The notes under the pieces are model-generated. The model did not search any database and had not been told where the DNA came from. It saw only the letters and a list, made by a program, of their open reading frames with translations. A stretch of 63,770 bases of DNA, counting the filler, from Octopus bimaculoides (lineage: Eukaryota): NCBI RefSeq assembly GCF_001194135.2. It is 8 parts of 7 records of this genome, joined end to end, with 100 filler letters (N's around TTAATTAATTAA, not from the genome) between each part and the next. Parts side by side here need not be neighbours in the genome. Positions count along the whole stretch, not along the records: positions 25,155 to 38,746 come from NC_068993.1; positions 38,847 to 56,050 come from NC_068981.1; 6 more parts are not named here. One strand, written 5' to 3'. Both the position numbers and the translations under genes were made by a program. Position 1 is the stretch's first letter, and each line of letters starts with the position of its first letter. Positions 25,198-38,904 of this stretch are shown here, one piece after another.

Positions 25198-27269
25198 GGA
25201 GAGAGCGGAGAAAGAGTAGATGGGTGAATTGTATCAGAAAAGTTTCTTTAATGAAGATAGTGCCACCGTATGTTAATACACTGGACGCAAAATAGCAGTG
25301 GAGACACCTGGCTTTATACTTGTCAGTTAATTAAATGTACCAACATGTATAGATGTATAGATATGTTATATGTTTGTGTGTGTATAGTGTGTACGTATAT
25401 ACATATACACCTATATATATATACACATACATAAGGACAGAGAAAATTCCACACACACACACATACACATATATTATATATGTGTGTGTGCGCGCGGGCA
25501 CACACACATATGACTGTGTAATCTCCAAGAGATTAGCGTTGACTGAAAATAATCCGTATCGTTATCTTCTGATTTTTTTCTATTTAAATATATACCTCCC
25601 ATGTGTCCTATTTTACAATTCATAAATTCATATGCCCACTTATCTATATAGCCATATATAAATATATATAAAGGAGACCAGTAGGTGGACTGCTAATGTG
25701 CTAGAAGAAGATCACATGTAATGTGTCTACTAAGACCGAATTGTTCTCAAAGGAAATTTAGCGAAGAAACGAAAGCGTATTCGGGCAAGACAAGTAAAAA
25801 TTACATTAAAAAATATTTTATCTTCTTCCTTGTTTCTGTCTGAAGCATTTTGCCATTCTGGGGCACCTCCATTGAAGCGGATTCAAAACTGTCGTTCATT
25901 CCATGTACTAAATAGGCACACCGTTGTTTAACTTCACTAACCTGGACGAGAACTAAGATATTCAACCTGATACGGCCGTAAGCAGCGCCCTCACATCTAT
26001 AACAACCGTATCTCTATATGTACATATACATATCTGTCGTTCTGGGGCCGAAGGACAGCATTTCCTATGCGTATGAGCTGACCCAAATATCTTCAAAAAT
26101 ACTGCAAACAATGAATTTTACATTAAATGTAATTCCTCATTGTAAATACATTTCTTTTTGTTTGTTTTAGGAAAAAATCATCTTGAAAAATCATCTTAGT
26201 TTCCTCTTACTCCAACATTTTTTACTTGTTTTTTTTTCTTTTGCTTATTTTTGTTGCCTTTCCCATGTTTGTTGAAAATATTCTAATATAATTTCATTAT
26301 CAGTTAGATAACTTCATTATCATATATGTATATCTTATTTCATCTATACTTTATCTCCAACATAATTTAGTTATCATGGCTGTCTATTTTTATTTTTAAT
26401 TATTTATTTATTTTGTTACTTATTGAATTCCATTCCTTGACTGTGGATTCGTAATTCCCTACGTGTATTGGGGAGGGTGCGGGCCGGAGGCATAATATCA
26501 TCTGTAAGGATTAATTCCTGTGTAATGAATATTTATTTAAAAAACTTGTAAAATATTCCTAGCTTATGAAAGTCTCGCAGGACTTATGTCTTATCTTTGG
26601 GATTTCCCGTGACGTTAGTTAGAGTCGAATGTACAAAATAAAAAACCAAGAAAAACGCCATAGATGTCATCGGAACCCGGCGCCAGTCGCACCACGGAAA
26701 ACTTTTTTGTCGCGTTACCCAGCGATAATGATTTCCAACAAGGTTGACATGAACCTCTCGTGCAGTGAATAACTTCCGGTCCATGTGCTCTCACCAACAG
26801 AACAAACAACTTTATGAGTCAATGGTCGCTACATCTGCTGAAAATAATAAGCAAAACCCCCTCAGTTCACACACTTTACTGTTCTAAAATAACGAAAGAA
26901 CACATTATGCAATTCGTTTTTGTATCTGGTTTGAAAATTCTTGATGTGAACTCGTGTGCTGACAGACCTAAAGCAACCTTGGAATAGAGACGGTATGTCA
27001 TTTATAAGGCTTTGTCTGTCTGGTGACAGAAGGACTTTGACAATTTTACTGATTGATTGATTGATTGGGTGGCCGAGCGATTAATCAAACAATTGATTAG
27101 TTAAGTGGTTAGACAGTTAACCAACCGAAAAATATAAAAAAAGGAAGGGAAATAGAACAGTGCGTGTGTTTATTATTGGCATAATGACGGTTCCGAAAAT
27201 CAGCAAAGCACTATGCAGTGTAGTTCTACATGCGCCTAAAAAAACCGTGATAGTCACGTGTGAAGTGCT

Positions 27270-27450
27270 TTAGGACTAATTAACATCACCAACAACACGA
27301 GACTCACCACGCGGCCAGTTGATCCGCTAGAGAGAGCAGTGAGTCATTCCTTAAATTACACTGATCTCTTTAATTAACGTACAAGCATATTGTAAATTGT
27401 AGTCCTAGATACACATAAAGGCGAGGTGGCCACGGCTGAAATTATTTTTT
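27270..27450 (-). mobile_element. interspersed repeat family D (related segments at 26820-26990, 32555-32760, 45400-45545)
   Basis: shared motifs such as gtagtcctagatacac, and ctagcaggtcgaatggccac vs ctagtacgtcgagcgaccac. Confidence 0.5.
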
Positions 27451-29073
27451 TGATGAATAAGAAATACACAACTTGAAGACTAACCTGTAGCTCAATCACA
27501 ATAATCGTTTTAACTATAGGCACAAGACAGTAAATTTAGAGTGAGGGAGTGAGTATGTTGATTACACAGACCTCAGCACTCCGCTGGTGCTTATTTTATC
27601 GATAGCTGAAAAGACAAAATGGAAGTCGACCTCGGTAGAATTCGTAATCAGAGCGTAAGCAGCCGAAAGATACACTAAGAATTTCATTGAAAGTTCTCAC
27701 AATTTGCTTTATGTGCCATCATTCAGACAAAGACAAGCAAAAACGATGGATCCATCGTTGCGTTACATGTTTAAATCGTTGCCCGGTTAAATACCACCGT
27801 CTTATTAGTGCAAAGACGGTTTTTGCTGGAATGCAGTATGTTGCAGTCATTTGGAACGGGTCCCTGTGCTTGAGGACATCAAGATCCCTTTCTAAGTTCT
27901 CTCAGCAGTGTGTGAGCTCATTGCTAGAAGGGCCATAGGTGCTGCTCTCCCACCTCTCACAAGATCACAATAGAAAACCAAAAAGGGGAAAAGAAAAAGA
28001 GAGAATATTCTCTCTTAACTAATACTTCGTATGTCTTTGACGTAAGCAGTGAATAACATACACCGGCTCCAGTAGTAATTATTTTCATTATTATCTTTTT
28101 CTTTTTTTACGTTTAACTATATTCCAAATGGAATGCAAATTGCTGTAGTAAAAACTTGCCTGCGGCATAGTTCCTCATGGCCAAATTTTCTGCGAGAGTT
28201 TCAAATCTCAAACCAATTCCAGATGAAGCCATTTTAGCACTTTAAGTCGAATGACAACTTGGAACTTGTTCTGGATCACCCCCAGCAATAACAAGAACAA
28301 CAACGACGACTACTACTGCTACGACAAGAACAACAACAATGACAATGAAATCAACAACACCAACAACAATAACAACAGACATAATAATAACGACCATGAC
28401 AACAACAAAAGCAACAACAAATACACTTGGCATCTGCTTATTTATTTCCGTTTCTGGAGGCTAAAACTACCCAAAGAATTTTAAAAGACAAAAAATAAAA
28501 AAAACTATTTTCCATAATATAAAACTTAACTCCGATTGAAAGACAAAAGATGGCAATCGAAGGTTTCCCCCTNNNNNNNNNNNNNNNNNNNNNNNNNNNN
28601 NNNNNNNNNNNNNNNNNNNNNNNNNNNNNNNNNNNNNNNNNNNNNNNNNNNNNNNNNNNNNNNNNNNNNNNNNNNNNNNNNNNNNNNNNNNNNNNNNNNN
28701 NNNNNNNNNNNNNNNNNNNNNNNNNNNNNNNNNNNNNNNNNNNNNNNNNNNNNNNNNNNNNNNNNNNNNNNNNNNNNNNNNNNNNNNNNNNNNNNNNNNN
28801 NNNNNNNNNNNNNNNNNNNNNNNNNNNNNNNNNNNNNNNNNNNNNNNNNNNNNNNNNNNNNNNNNNNNNNNNNNNNNNNNNNNNNNNNNNNNNNNNNNNN
28901 NNNNNNNNNNNNNNNNNNNNNNNNNNNNNNNNNNNNNNNNNNNNNNNNNNNNNNNNNNNNNNNNNNNNNNNNNNNNNNNNNNNNNNNNNNNNNNNNNNNN
29001 NNNNNNNNNNNNNNNNNNNNNNNNNNNNNNNNNNNNNNNNNNNNNNNNNNNNNNNNNNNNNNNNNNNNNNNNN

Positions 29074-29240
29074 CACCAACATCACCACCGCTGCTGCCAC
29101 CACCACCACCAGTATTACTATTACCACCACTACACCCACCACCTTTGTACTACCCCCGCCACCGCTGCAGCAGCCACCATCACCACCATTACGCCCACTA
29201 GTACTACTCCTCCTCGTCCTCCTCTCACCACCACCACTAT

Positions 29241-29274
<34 letters not shown>

Positions 29275-29410
29275 GATGCTGCCACTACAACTACAACTAC
29301 TACTGCTACTACTACTACTACTACTACTACAATCTCATCTTGTCTTGAAATTTGGAGACATTCTGAAGATTAGAGATTCAGAGAGGTGATCCATAAAAAT
29401 GAGGCCCATT

Positions 29411-29452
<42 letters not shown>

Positions 29453-30553
29453 GTAGGCCAGCAACAACTAATTATTCCTATTATTACTGAAAGTATTAGT
29501 ACCAACACTACTANNNNNNNNNNNNNNNNNNNNNNNNNNNNNNNNNNNNNNNNNNNNNNNNNNNNNNNNNNNNNNNNNNNNNNNNNNNNNNNNNNNNNNN
29601 NNNNNNNNNNNNNNNNNNNNNNNNNNNNNNNNNNNNNNNNNNNNNNNNNNNNNNNNNNNNNNNNNNNNNNNNNNNNNNNNNNNNNNNNNNNNNNNNNNNN
29701 NNNNNNNNNNNNNNNNNNNNNNNNNNNNNNNNNNNNNNNNNNNNNNNNNNNNNNNNNNNNNNNNNNNNNNNNNNNNNNNNNNNNNNNNNNNNNNNNNNNN
29801 NNNNNNNNNNNNNNNNNNNNNNNNNNNNNNNNNNNNNNNNNNNNNNNNNNNNNNNNNNNNNNNNNNNNNNNNNNNNNNNNNNNNNNNNNNNNNNNNNNNN
29901 NNNNNNNNNNNNNNNNNNNNNNNNNNNNNNNNNNNNNNNNNNNNNNNNNNNNNNNNNNNNNNNNNNNNNNNNNNNNNNNNNNNNNNNNNNNNNNNNNNNN
30001 NNNNNNNNNNNNNNNNNNNNNNNNNNNNNNNNNNNNNNNNNNNNNNNNNNNNNNNNNNNNNNNNNNNNNNNNNNNNNNNNNNNNNNNNNNNNNNNNNNNN
30101 NNNNNNNNNNNNNNNNNNNNNNNNNNNNNNNNNNNNNNNNNNNNNNNNNNNNNNNNNNNNNNNNNNNNNNNNNNNNNNNNNNNNNNNNNNNNNNNNNNNN
30201 NNNNNNNNNNNNNNNNNNNNNNNNNNNNNNNNNNNNNNNNNNNNNNNNNNNNNNNNNNNNNNNNNNNNNNNNNNNNNNNNNNNNNNNNNNNNNNNNNNNN
30301 NNNNNNNNNNNNNNNNNNNNNNNNNNNNNNNNNNNNNNNNNNNNNNNNNNNNNNNNNNNNNNNNNNNNNNNNNNNNNNNNNNNNNNNNNNNNNNNNNNNN
30401 NNNNNNNNNNNNNNNNNNNNNNNNNNNNNNNNNNNNNNGGTATTGGCGGTGGTAATTGTAGTGGTAGTTATTGTAAAGGTGGGGGTTGTAGTAGTCTTCA
30501 TGTTGATGGTTGTTGTTGGAGGTGATGGTGATGATGATGATGGCAGTGGTGTT

Positions 30554-30610
<57 letters not shown>

Positions 30611-30680
30611 GGTGGTGGTGGTTGTAGTGGCGGTGTTTGTGGTTGGTTCTGGTGGCGGTGGAAGTGGTATTGGTGGCTTT
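29074..30680. repeat. compound (ACC/TAC/AAC/GTT/GGT)n microsatellites around a gap
   Basis: direct reading. Confidence 0.9.
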
Positions 30681-31436
30681 GGTATAGTCGAGAGTTGATT
30701 GTGTATGCGAGATACCCTGATGCTTTCTTCAACCGAATACACGTTATTGATTGGTCGGAATTACCCAAAGACGACAACTTTAACATGAAATAACTTCTAA
30801 AATACGAAATTTTGCCAAAAACGTTCAGAGTAAACCGTGTTCTACGCGAGAAATTCTACCAGTATTCGAAATTTCAAACTGTTTTGTTAAAAAAAAAAAC
30901 TAATTAAAAAAATCTATGATTGAGATGGAATAGATCCCTTGCCCATTCCCAAAAATTGCTGGTCTTGTGCCAAGATTTGAAGCCAATATTTATATGTAAC
31001 TCCTGCAGTTTTAGCACGGGACGAAGCATCTCGGATGTTTATTTCCCGTATATCACTCGGAATAGATCCCGTATACTGCGGTACCAAATTTATTTTACAC
31101 TTCCCCTAGAAATATATGACCTTCTGTGTGTTACCTATATAACACATTTATCATTCTTGAGAATATGGCGTACAAGTAGTAAAAGACAAAGAAACATTTG
31201 AAAACCAACAATGACAAAGACGTAAACGATAGAGCTTCCTAGTCAATACTTTCCGGTGTTTGATAATGTAAAACTGCGTTTCCATCTCAAATCTCATCGA
31301 GATTCATTTTCTTAAATATTCATTCGGCGGGTTTTGAAATATGAATCGTATTCGGAGGTTGGGGCTCAATCGGTTTTCCTGCTAAAATATGTGGCCTTGT
31401 TCACACGTGAGAAATACTTTTGTTTTGCTTTATTTT

Positions 31437-31505
<69 letters not shown>

Positions 31506-31822
31506 CATGTCAAATTAGGAAAGAAAATAGAAATTTCCAAAACAAGAAATCCACATTTATTTCAACGTAATTCGTCTCAGATCCCCACCGAATTACAAGA
31601 AAAAAATGTGTACGTTACACACAGGTATAGACATACCCATACACACACAGACACAACATATACATATATATATACATATGTGTGCTTGCCTACGTGTATT
31701 TATATATGGATGTATGTATGCATGTATGTACGTATGCATACATGTATGTATGTATGTATATTTCTAAGTATGATGCTTGTATGCACGCGTGTATATTTAT
31801 ATATACTTATATGTATATGTAT

Positions 31823-31889
<67 letters not shown>

Positions 31890-32392
31890 CACATATATAT
31901 ATACATATATACATATATACAAAAATACATACATGCAAGCATACATACAAGCATACATACATACTTACATACATACATACATGCACACATACATACGTAC
32001 GTACATCTATGCATACATATATCGCCCCTGTACCGCTAGTATCACACCATTTCTATATATTGCCACCACACCAGCGCACTACACATGGTCCTCTCCGTCA
32101 TCATCGTCGCACCACGGCCGGCTCATCATCTCTGTGTAACACCCCACCACAATGCCTTTATCACCGCACCACTCCGTCATCACCATCACACCACATATTC
32201 ACATCAGCCAGAATATTTGCATAAACTTGAGCTTTCTGAAACGAATCGTAGTTGGATGAAAACTTTTAAGAATTCCTGAGGTTTAGAAATTCTTTCAAGG
32301 ATTTTTTTTTTTTTCATACAAATGTTATTTATATATTTATTGTAATTTTTTTTTCTATCATGCGTTTTGTTCGTTATGTTAATGCTGCTACG

Positions 32393-32438
<46 letters not shown>

Positions 32439-33341
32439 TGTATGTGTGTGTGTGTATTTGTTAAAATATTTTTCATTATTTTTCATTAGTTATTTTCCTG
32501 AGATCTTTTTTATATAAACATTCATCACTGACGTTGCTGTTATTGTTGTTGTTTCACCCTAAGCTATCTTGAAAGAGCGTTCCAGCCGTAACCATCCCGT
32601 TTTTTTTTGTTTTATTTATTTATTTATTTATTAAGACTATTATAAACCAATGCATCCTTCTGATTTAAAAATAAAAATTTCCGTATATATTTGAGAGAAA
32701 TTACTTTGCCTGCTTCTAGCAGGTCGAATGGCCACAAATAGGTTCTCTCAGGAATCCTTGGGTCTCCCTCAATTGTAATATTATTGTTAGAATGAAGGAG
32801 GTGTTATATATTATTATCATAGTTTTGTTCCTATCACATTTCATTATTTTAGGGATTTTGCCTTTTATTTAGTTTCTTTTTCTTCGTAAACGCTTCAAAC
32901 TGTTCTAAACGTTGTAACTCAACATTCGGTAGTAATGCAGTATTCTTTTATGCGTCATCTTTTCCGGTAGAGACTTGGTATTTAAAGTAAATCTACTTTT
33001 GTAATTGACAGCTACCTAAGTTAATTCTTGTTTATAAATGTCAATGGTGTATCTCAGTTGTTCCCTAGGCAACTCTGTTTTCCACTACCATAAACAAATA
33101 TACAAGATGAGACGTATTTACTCTAGGATTTTCTCATCACTACTCTCACAAGGAGGGTATGGTCTATTTTTCGCTGCCGAGGTCAGAATAAGAGGGAAAT
33201 ACAGCTGGACTTGTCTGCTGCATTTAACGAAATAATTAAAATGATATTAGTCATTAAGTAATATTTTCTTCTTACTTTTTTCTCGCTGCATAATTAGTTT
33301 TTATCATTAATATAATTACCCCTCCTAGAATTAAAATATAT

Positions 33342-33518
33342 AGGCTTGGCTTAGCTGTGTGCTAAGAAGCTTGCTTTCCAACAACATGGTTCCGAGTTAA
33401 ATCCCACTGCTTGGCATTTCGAGCAAGAGTCTTCTACTACCGCCTTGGGCCTACCAAAGCCTTCCCAGTGGATTTGGTAGAAGCTCGTCGTGTGCATGTA
33501 TGTATGTATGTATGTATG

Positions 33519-33552
<34 letters not shown>

Positions 33553-33554
33553 TG

Positions 33555-33634
<80 letters not shown>

Positions 33635-33865
33635 TGTATATATATATATATATATATATACATACACACATATCTATGTGTGTGTGTCCTTGTGGGTGTT
33701 TTTGCCCCCACCCCGCTTGGTGTGTTTACGTCCCTGTAATCTAGCGGTTCGGTCTGAGAGATCAACAGAATAAGTACCAGGGGTCTATTAGTTCGATTAA
33801 AATTCTTCAAGGCGGTGCATCAGCATGGCCGCAGTCTAATGACTGAAACAAGTGGAAGAGGAAAG
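33342..33865 (+). mobile_element. SINE family B, full length with expanded internal microsatellite
   Basis: head gctgtgtgctaagaagcttgctttccaacaacatgg; tail ggcggtgcatcagcatggccgcagtctaatgactgaaac. Confidence 0.9.
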
Positions 33866-33964
33866 ACATCAAAACCAAACCTGAACTATTCAGACACCGA
33901 AATAAGCAAAGACGACCATCGCTAGAATTTAAGTATCATGGAACATTTAATCTATATCATATAA

Positions 33965-34175
33965 GCCTTTCTACTATAGACACTAGGCCTGAAATTTGTG
34001 GGGAGGGGTTAAGTCGATTGCATCGATACCAGTGTTAAAATGGTACTTGTTTAATCGACCCCGAAAGGATAAAAGGCAAAGCCGACCTTAGCGGAATTTG
34101 AACTTAGAGCGTAAAGATGAACAAAATACCGTAAAGCATTTTGCCCGGCGTGCTAACGATTCTGCCAGCTTGCAG
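33965..34175 (-). mobile_element. SINE family A, short tail
   Basis: cctttctactatagacactaggcctgaaattt...ctaacgattctgccagct. Confidence 0.9.
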
Positions 34176-34269
34176 CTTTGTCTATATTATATAATGATTT
34201 CAGATATTATCTTCATAATACGCAGTCAGAATCGGTAAAAACCAGCTCCATCGTCTTACCGATGTTTCT

Positions 34270-34494
34270 TATTTCTTTATTGTCCACAATGGGCTAAACA
34301 TAAAGACGACAAACAAGGACAGACAAAAGGATTAAGTCGATTACATCGATACCAGTGTTAAAATGTTACTTGTTTAATCGACCCCGAAAGAATGAAAGGC
34401 AAAGTCGACCGTGGCAGAATTTGAACTCAGAACATAAAGACAGACAAAATACCGCTAAGCATTTCGCTCGGCGTGCTAACGTTTCTGCCAGCTC
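34270..34494 (-). mobile_element. SINE family A, long tail, 12-bp TSD
   Basis: accgatgtttct at 34258-34269 and 34495-34506. Confidence 0.9.
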
Positions 34495-34828
34495 ACCGAT
34501 GTTTCTATTACGGCAAAAATAAGAGGGGATTCTTACAAATGGCTACTTATGGTTGGATCATCTCAGAGTTAACTATCGTCACTACGGACGGAATTGTGTG
34601 TTTGTGAAAGGATATGAACTAGTGTCCGCTCAGTACTTAACCTCTGAATAACGGAACCTTTAACAATTAGCGGAAGACTACCAACTTGTTCACGAATGGT
34701 TTTGGCAGAATAAACTCTGGTCACCGAGAACTCATTGTTCAATAGGACCCCTTCAAAATTGGAACAAATAAAATTGCTTCTATATCTTTCTTGCTAGCTA
34801 GCTGATCATCTGTCTGACTGTGCGTCTG

Positions 34829-34891
<63 letters not shown>

Positions 34892-34934
34892 GTTTATCTG
34901 TCTGTCTAACTGACTATATATATATATATATATA

Positions 34935-35070
34935 TATACGGTGGGCTTCTTTCAGTTTCCGTCTACCAAAGTCACTCACAACGATTTGGTCGGCCTGAAA
35001 CTACAGAAGAAGACACTTGACCAAGGTGCCACACTGAACCCGGGACCGATTGGGAAGCTAGCTGCTTAGA
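34935..35070 (-). mobile_element. SINE family B, 5' half
   Basis: gggcttctttcagtttccgtctaccaaag...ccaaggtgccacactgaacccggg. Confidence 0.8.
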
Positions 35071-35484
35071 AAAAAAATTAATGATTTCAACCAGTTTCCA
35101 CCAGCAATGAAGTTTATACTTCATCCATCATCCGCAAATATGCTACTCGTTACAATCATAAATTTTATCATTCAGAGTTATCTTTTCTTGCCGTTGTGTC
35201 TGTGTATCACATTTACCGTCGTTTCGTATTGTTCTTCGTGTTGTTTTAGAAACGTTGAAGAATTCAGATTCGCCTCCACACCATTTCAGTTTCATAGGTT
35301 TCCTAAACGTATCTGTTTCATGATTGTTGTGAAAAGATCAAAAGGTGACTTTTGTTTGTGTCCAAAGATGTCCGGCAGGAAATCTTAGATCATCTGGCGG
35401 ATATCTGACGAGACAATCTTCACGACGCTTTATTTTTCAGCCATACACACCATACATCACATAGAGAAGACAACGAACAGAGAT

Positions 35485-35565
<81 letters not shown>

Positions 35566-35759
35566 TGAGAGAGGGAAAGAGAGAGAAAAAAGTTAGAAAC
35601 AAGAAGACAAAGAAAGAGGGAGGGAGAGAGACAGACAAAGAAATACATTCATTGATGCACGAACATAAATACATACACACAAAAGCTCTCATACACATGC
35701 ATACAAAAGCAACGCACGTACGCACCACACAAACCCACAGTCGCACAGACATATATGCG

Positions 35760-35796
<37 letters not shown>

Positions 35797-36020
35797 ATAC
35801 ACGCATATATGTATGTATATATGTATGTATGTCTGTATGTGTGTTTGTGTATTGTATGGGTACTGTGCGAGTGATCATATGTGCAAGTAAGGGCATATGA
35901 ACTAGCTGAGTAGCAGAAAATTTTTTTACTTTCAAGCGAGGTACTCTGTCAGAAAGACAGACAAACAGACAGAAGACAGACAGAAACATACGTATACACA
36001 TTCATACATACATGCATACA

Positions 36021-36054
<34 letters not shown>

Positions 36055-36076
36055 CATACGTACATGCATACACACA

Positions 36077-36108
<32 letters not shown>

Positions 36109-36129
36109 CATACATACATACACATCACA

Positions 36130-36530
36130 TTCATGCTCTAGCTTGATGGAGTTGGGATCATCCGAGGTTAGTGGTCCCAGACCCAGAACCGCCATCGTCC
36201 GCAGAGCTGACCACGTCTTAGAGTGAGAACCCTCCCATCGCGGGCTGTCCTGTGCCAGTCCCTTTGTAATATTTACGTTGGTCAGGAGTATGCAGTGATG
36301 AGATCTGATGTTGCGCAGTACTGTTTCTTCTGGTCCATGCCGTAACAAGATTAGGTTTCATCTGCGGGGAGGATTACTGGTCGGCAAATGGGGCTACCAT
36401 CTAGGCGATGAGACGGCGCGCCGCGTGTCACCGTTAACCTAGAACATGCGCGGGAGACCGGCTCACGGTCCTACAAGAAGCAAATTTACCAACGGTTACC
36501 CTCTCTCGGATCTATGGAACATGCAAACCC
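36130..36530 (-). mobile_element. probable R2/NeSL-like retrotransposon C-terminal (CCHC-RLE) fragment
   Basis: AHVLG..TRGA..HR, MKPNLVTAW (RKPDLV-like), KKQY, WSALRTMAVLGLG across frameshifts. Confidence 0.45.
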
Positions 36531-36609
36531 TCTTACCATAACAAAGCCAAACAAAGGAGGGCATACATATAAATACATACATGCATACACACACAAACAC
36601 ACACACACA

Positions 36610-36878
36610 TAAGCTTTGTGCGTAGATTTGGTAGACGGAAACTGAAAGAAGCCCGTCGTGTGTGCGTGTGTGTTTGTGTGTCTGTGTTTGTCCCCCAACA
36701 TCGCTTGACAAACGATGCTGGTGTGTTTACGTCCCTGTAACCTAGCGGTTCGGCAAAAAGGTCCTAATAAATAAGTACTAAGCTTACAAAGAATAAGTCC
36801 TGGGGTCCATTTACTCGACTACAGGTGGTGCTCCAGCATGGCTGCAGTCAAATGACTGAAGCAAGTAAAAGAATAAAA

Positions 36879-36882
<4 letters not shown>
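36610..36882 (+). mobile_element. SINE family B, 5' truncated
   Basis: gatttggtagacggaaactgaaagaagcccgtcg...ggtgctccagcatggctgcagtcaaatgactgaagc. Confidence 0.9.
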
Positions 36883-36909
<27 letters not shown>

Positions 36910-37039
36910 CTCACATACACACACATACACATTTATATATGTGTATGTATTAATTGCGAGTAGGGACACCGTATTTCCTTTTGCAACCGTTATATACTAC
37001 CAAGTATAAGACGGCGTGTTGTTATGCTGGGTAAAATGC

Positions 37040-37170
37040 GAAGCGGTTTTTCACCTCCTAAGGTTTTGAATTAAAATTCTGCCGAGGTCGACTTAACCTT
37101 TCAAGCTTTCGGAATCGATAAAATAAGTACCAATTGAGCACTGGGATTGATTCAGTCAACTTACCTTCTC
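37040..37170 (+). mobile_element. SINE family A fragment
   Basis: aaattctgccgaggtcgacttaacctttca..gataaaataagtaccaattgagcactggg. Confidence 0.8.
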
Positions 37171-37229
37171 CTGCTCCTCGGAGATTGTTTACTTTCTGAA
37201 ACCAATTTACCACCAAGAATATTCAAGAT

Positions 37230-37552
37230 TTATAAGTCGATACTATGTCCTACTTTTTCTGTTAGCAGTGCGTTGTTTTCATTTTTGCGTTTATATCTAC
37301 AGATTTTCTTTAGTATTTAGTGTCAGCATTGCAAGTTCGGTGCGGTGCTAAAGAAGGAGCAATTGTTCCTGAAATATGCATTTACACCCATTCCCTATTG
37401 TTCTGTCTTGTTTACATAGACGCATTCGAACGCAAAACGTCCTAACTTTCAGTGGTGGCTCAAAATTCTATAGAAAATTTGTAGAGATAAACTGGCAAAT
37501 GAAAACAACGCACTGCTAACACACAAGGTTCGGCACACTATTGGACTTATAA
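37230..37552. mobile_element. foldback MITE-like element with ~80-bp inverted arms
   Basis: tgttagcagtgcgttgttttcattt (37260) vs aaatgaaaacaacgcactgctaaca (~37497-37521); ends ttataagtc / gacttataa. Confidence 0.8.
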
Positions 37553-37980
37553 CCCCTTATATATAACTGATAGTATGTTGAGGTTGAAAAACGAAATACG
37601 TTGTCCCTGCAAACAATTTATACGTACGTAGAAGTTGCCAGGAATGTGTAAACATGTAAATTGGTCTTTCCGCTAAATTTGTTGGCTATTTAAGCGGTGT
37701 GTTCTTGGGTAGCTAATGGGTTTGATGTGGTGCTAAAGAAGGAACGATAACTCTTGAATTATGCATATGCACCCATTACCTGTCTTCGATCGCATTGTTT
37801 ATATAAACGTGTTCAGATACGAAAAGTCGTAGCTTACAGCGCTGGCTCGAAATATTTAAGAAAATATGCAGAAATAAACTCAACACTATATGTATGCGTG
37901 TATCTGTGTGTGTGTGTGTGTATTTAGGAATATATATATATATATATATGCATGTGTGTGTTTGTGTGCGTGTGCGTGTA

Positions 37981-38056
<76 letters not shown>

Positions 38057-38369
38057 TATATCCGTGTGTGTCTGTATGTGCATGCGTTCTCATGATATCC
38101 ACTCCACGCATTCTCATATGTTCACCTCGCAATTCAGGGCGTGAAGTGATAAACATAATGACAAATGAAAGGGAGATGAATCAACACGGAAATACATCAA
38201 GTGAGATTTCGAATATCGTGTAAAGAAAAATTTAAGGAAGGCGGAAGTAAAGGAAAAAAGAAAAATGTATGTAAAACAAAAAAAAAAAAGAAAACAAGAA
38301 ACAAAGAAATAAACAAGACCCAAAACAGTAGGGAATATATAAGAAAACATGCATACATTAATACACATA

Positions 38370-38535
38370 TAGGTGCAGGCGTGGCTGTGTGGTAAGAAGG
38401 TAGATTCCCAACCGTATGGCTCCGGTTTCAGTCCCACAGCGAGGCCTCTTGAGCAAGTGTCTTCTGCTAGAGCCTCGAGCGGACCAAAGCTTTGTGAGTG
38501 GATTTGGTAGACGGAAACTGAAAGAAGCCCCTCAT
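38370..38535 (+). mobile_element. SINE family B, 5' half
   Basis: ggtgcaggcgtggctgtgtggtaagaagg...ggatttggtagacggaaactgaaagaagccc. Confidence 0.9.
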
Positions 38536-38904
38536 ATATATATTTGATTTATCATCCGACATTTTCTTTTAGTCGTAACTTCTTTCTTACATTTCTGATT
38601 TTCTATTTTCTTCGTTTTTATCTTCTTTTTCTTTTCAATTTCTTCTGTTTCTTTCGCCTCCACGCGTCCTTCTTCTTCTTCTTCTTCTTTTTCTTCTTCT
38701 TCTTCTTCTTCTTCTTCTTCTTCTTCTTCTTCTTCTTCTTCTTCTTNNNNNNNNNNNNNNNNNNNNNNNNNNNNNNNNNNNNNNNNNNNNTTAATTAATT
38801 AANNNNNNNNNNNNNNNNNNNNNNNNNNNNNNNNNNNNNNNNNNNNGTTGAAGTGGTCGCTGGAACTGCTGCTGCTGTCGTGTGGTACACGGAACAGTTC
38901 TCAA

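Noticed and set aside
30690-31200. Protein-like frames (IVYARYPDAFFNRIHVIDWSELP; LARDEASRMFISRISLGIDPVYCG)
   Set aside because: No recognisable family, weak splice signals, and short length compatible with chance.
34520-35440. Possible minus-strand exons (VLLNNEFSVTRVYSAK..; MKLKWCGGESEFF..|gtaaat)
   Set aside because: Cannot be tied to any known protein or a consistent gene model from sequence alone.
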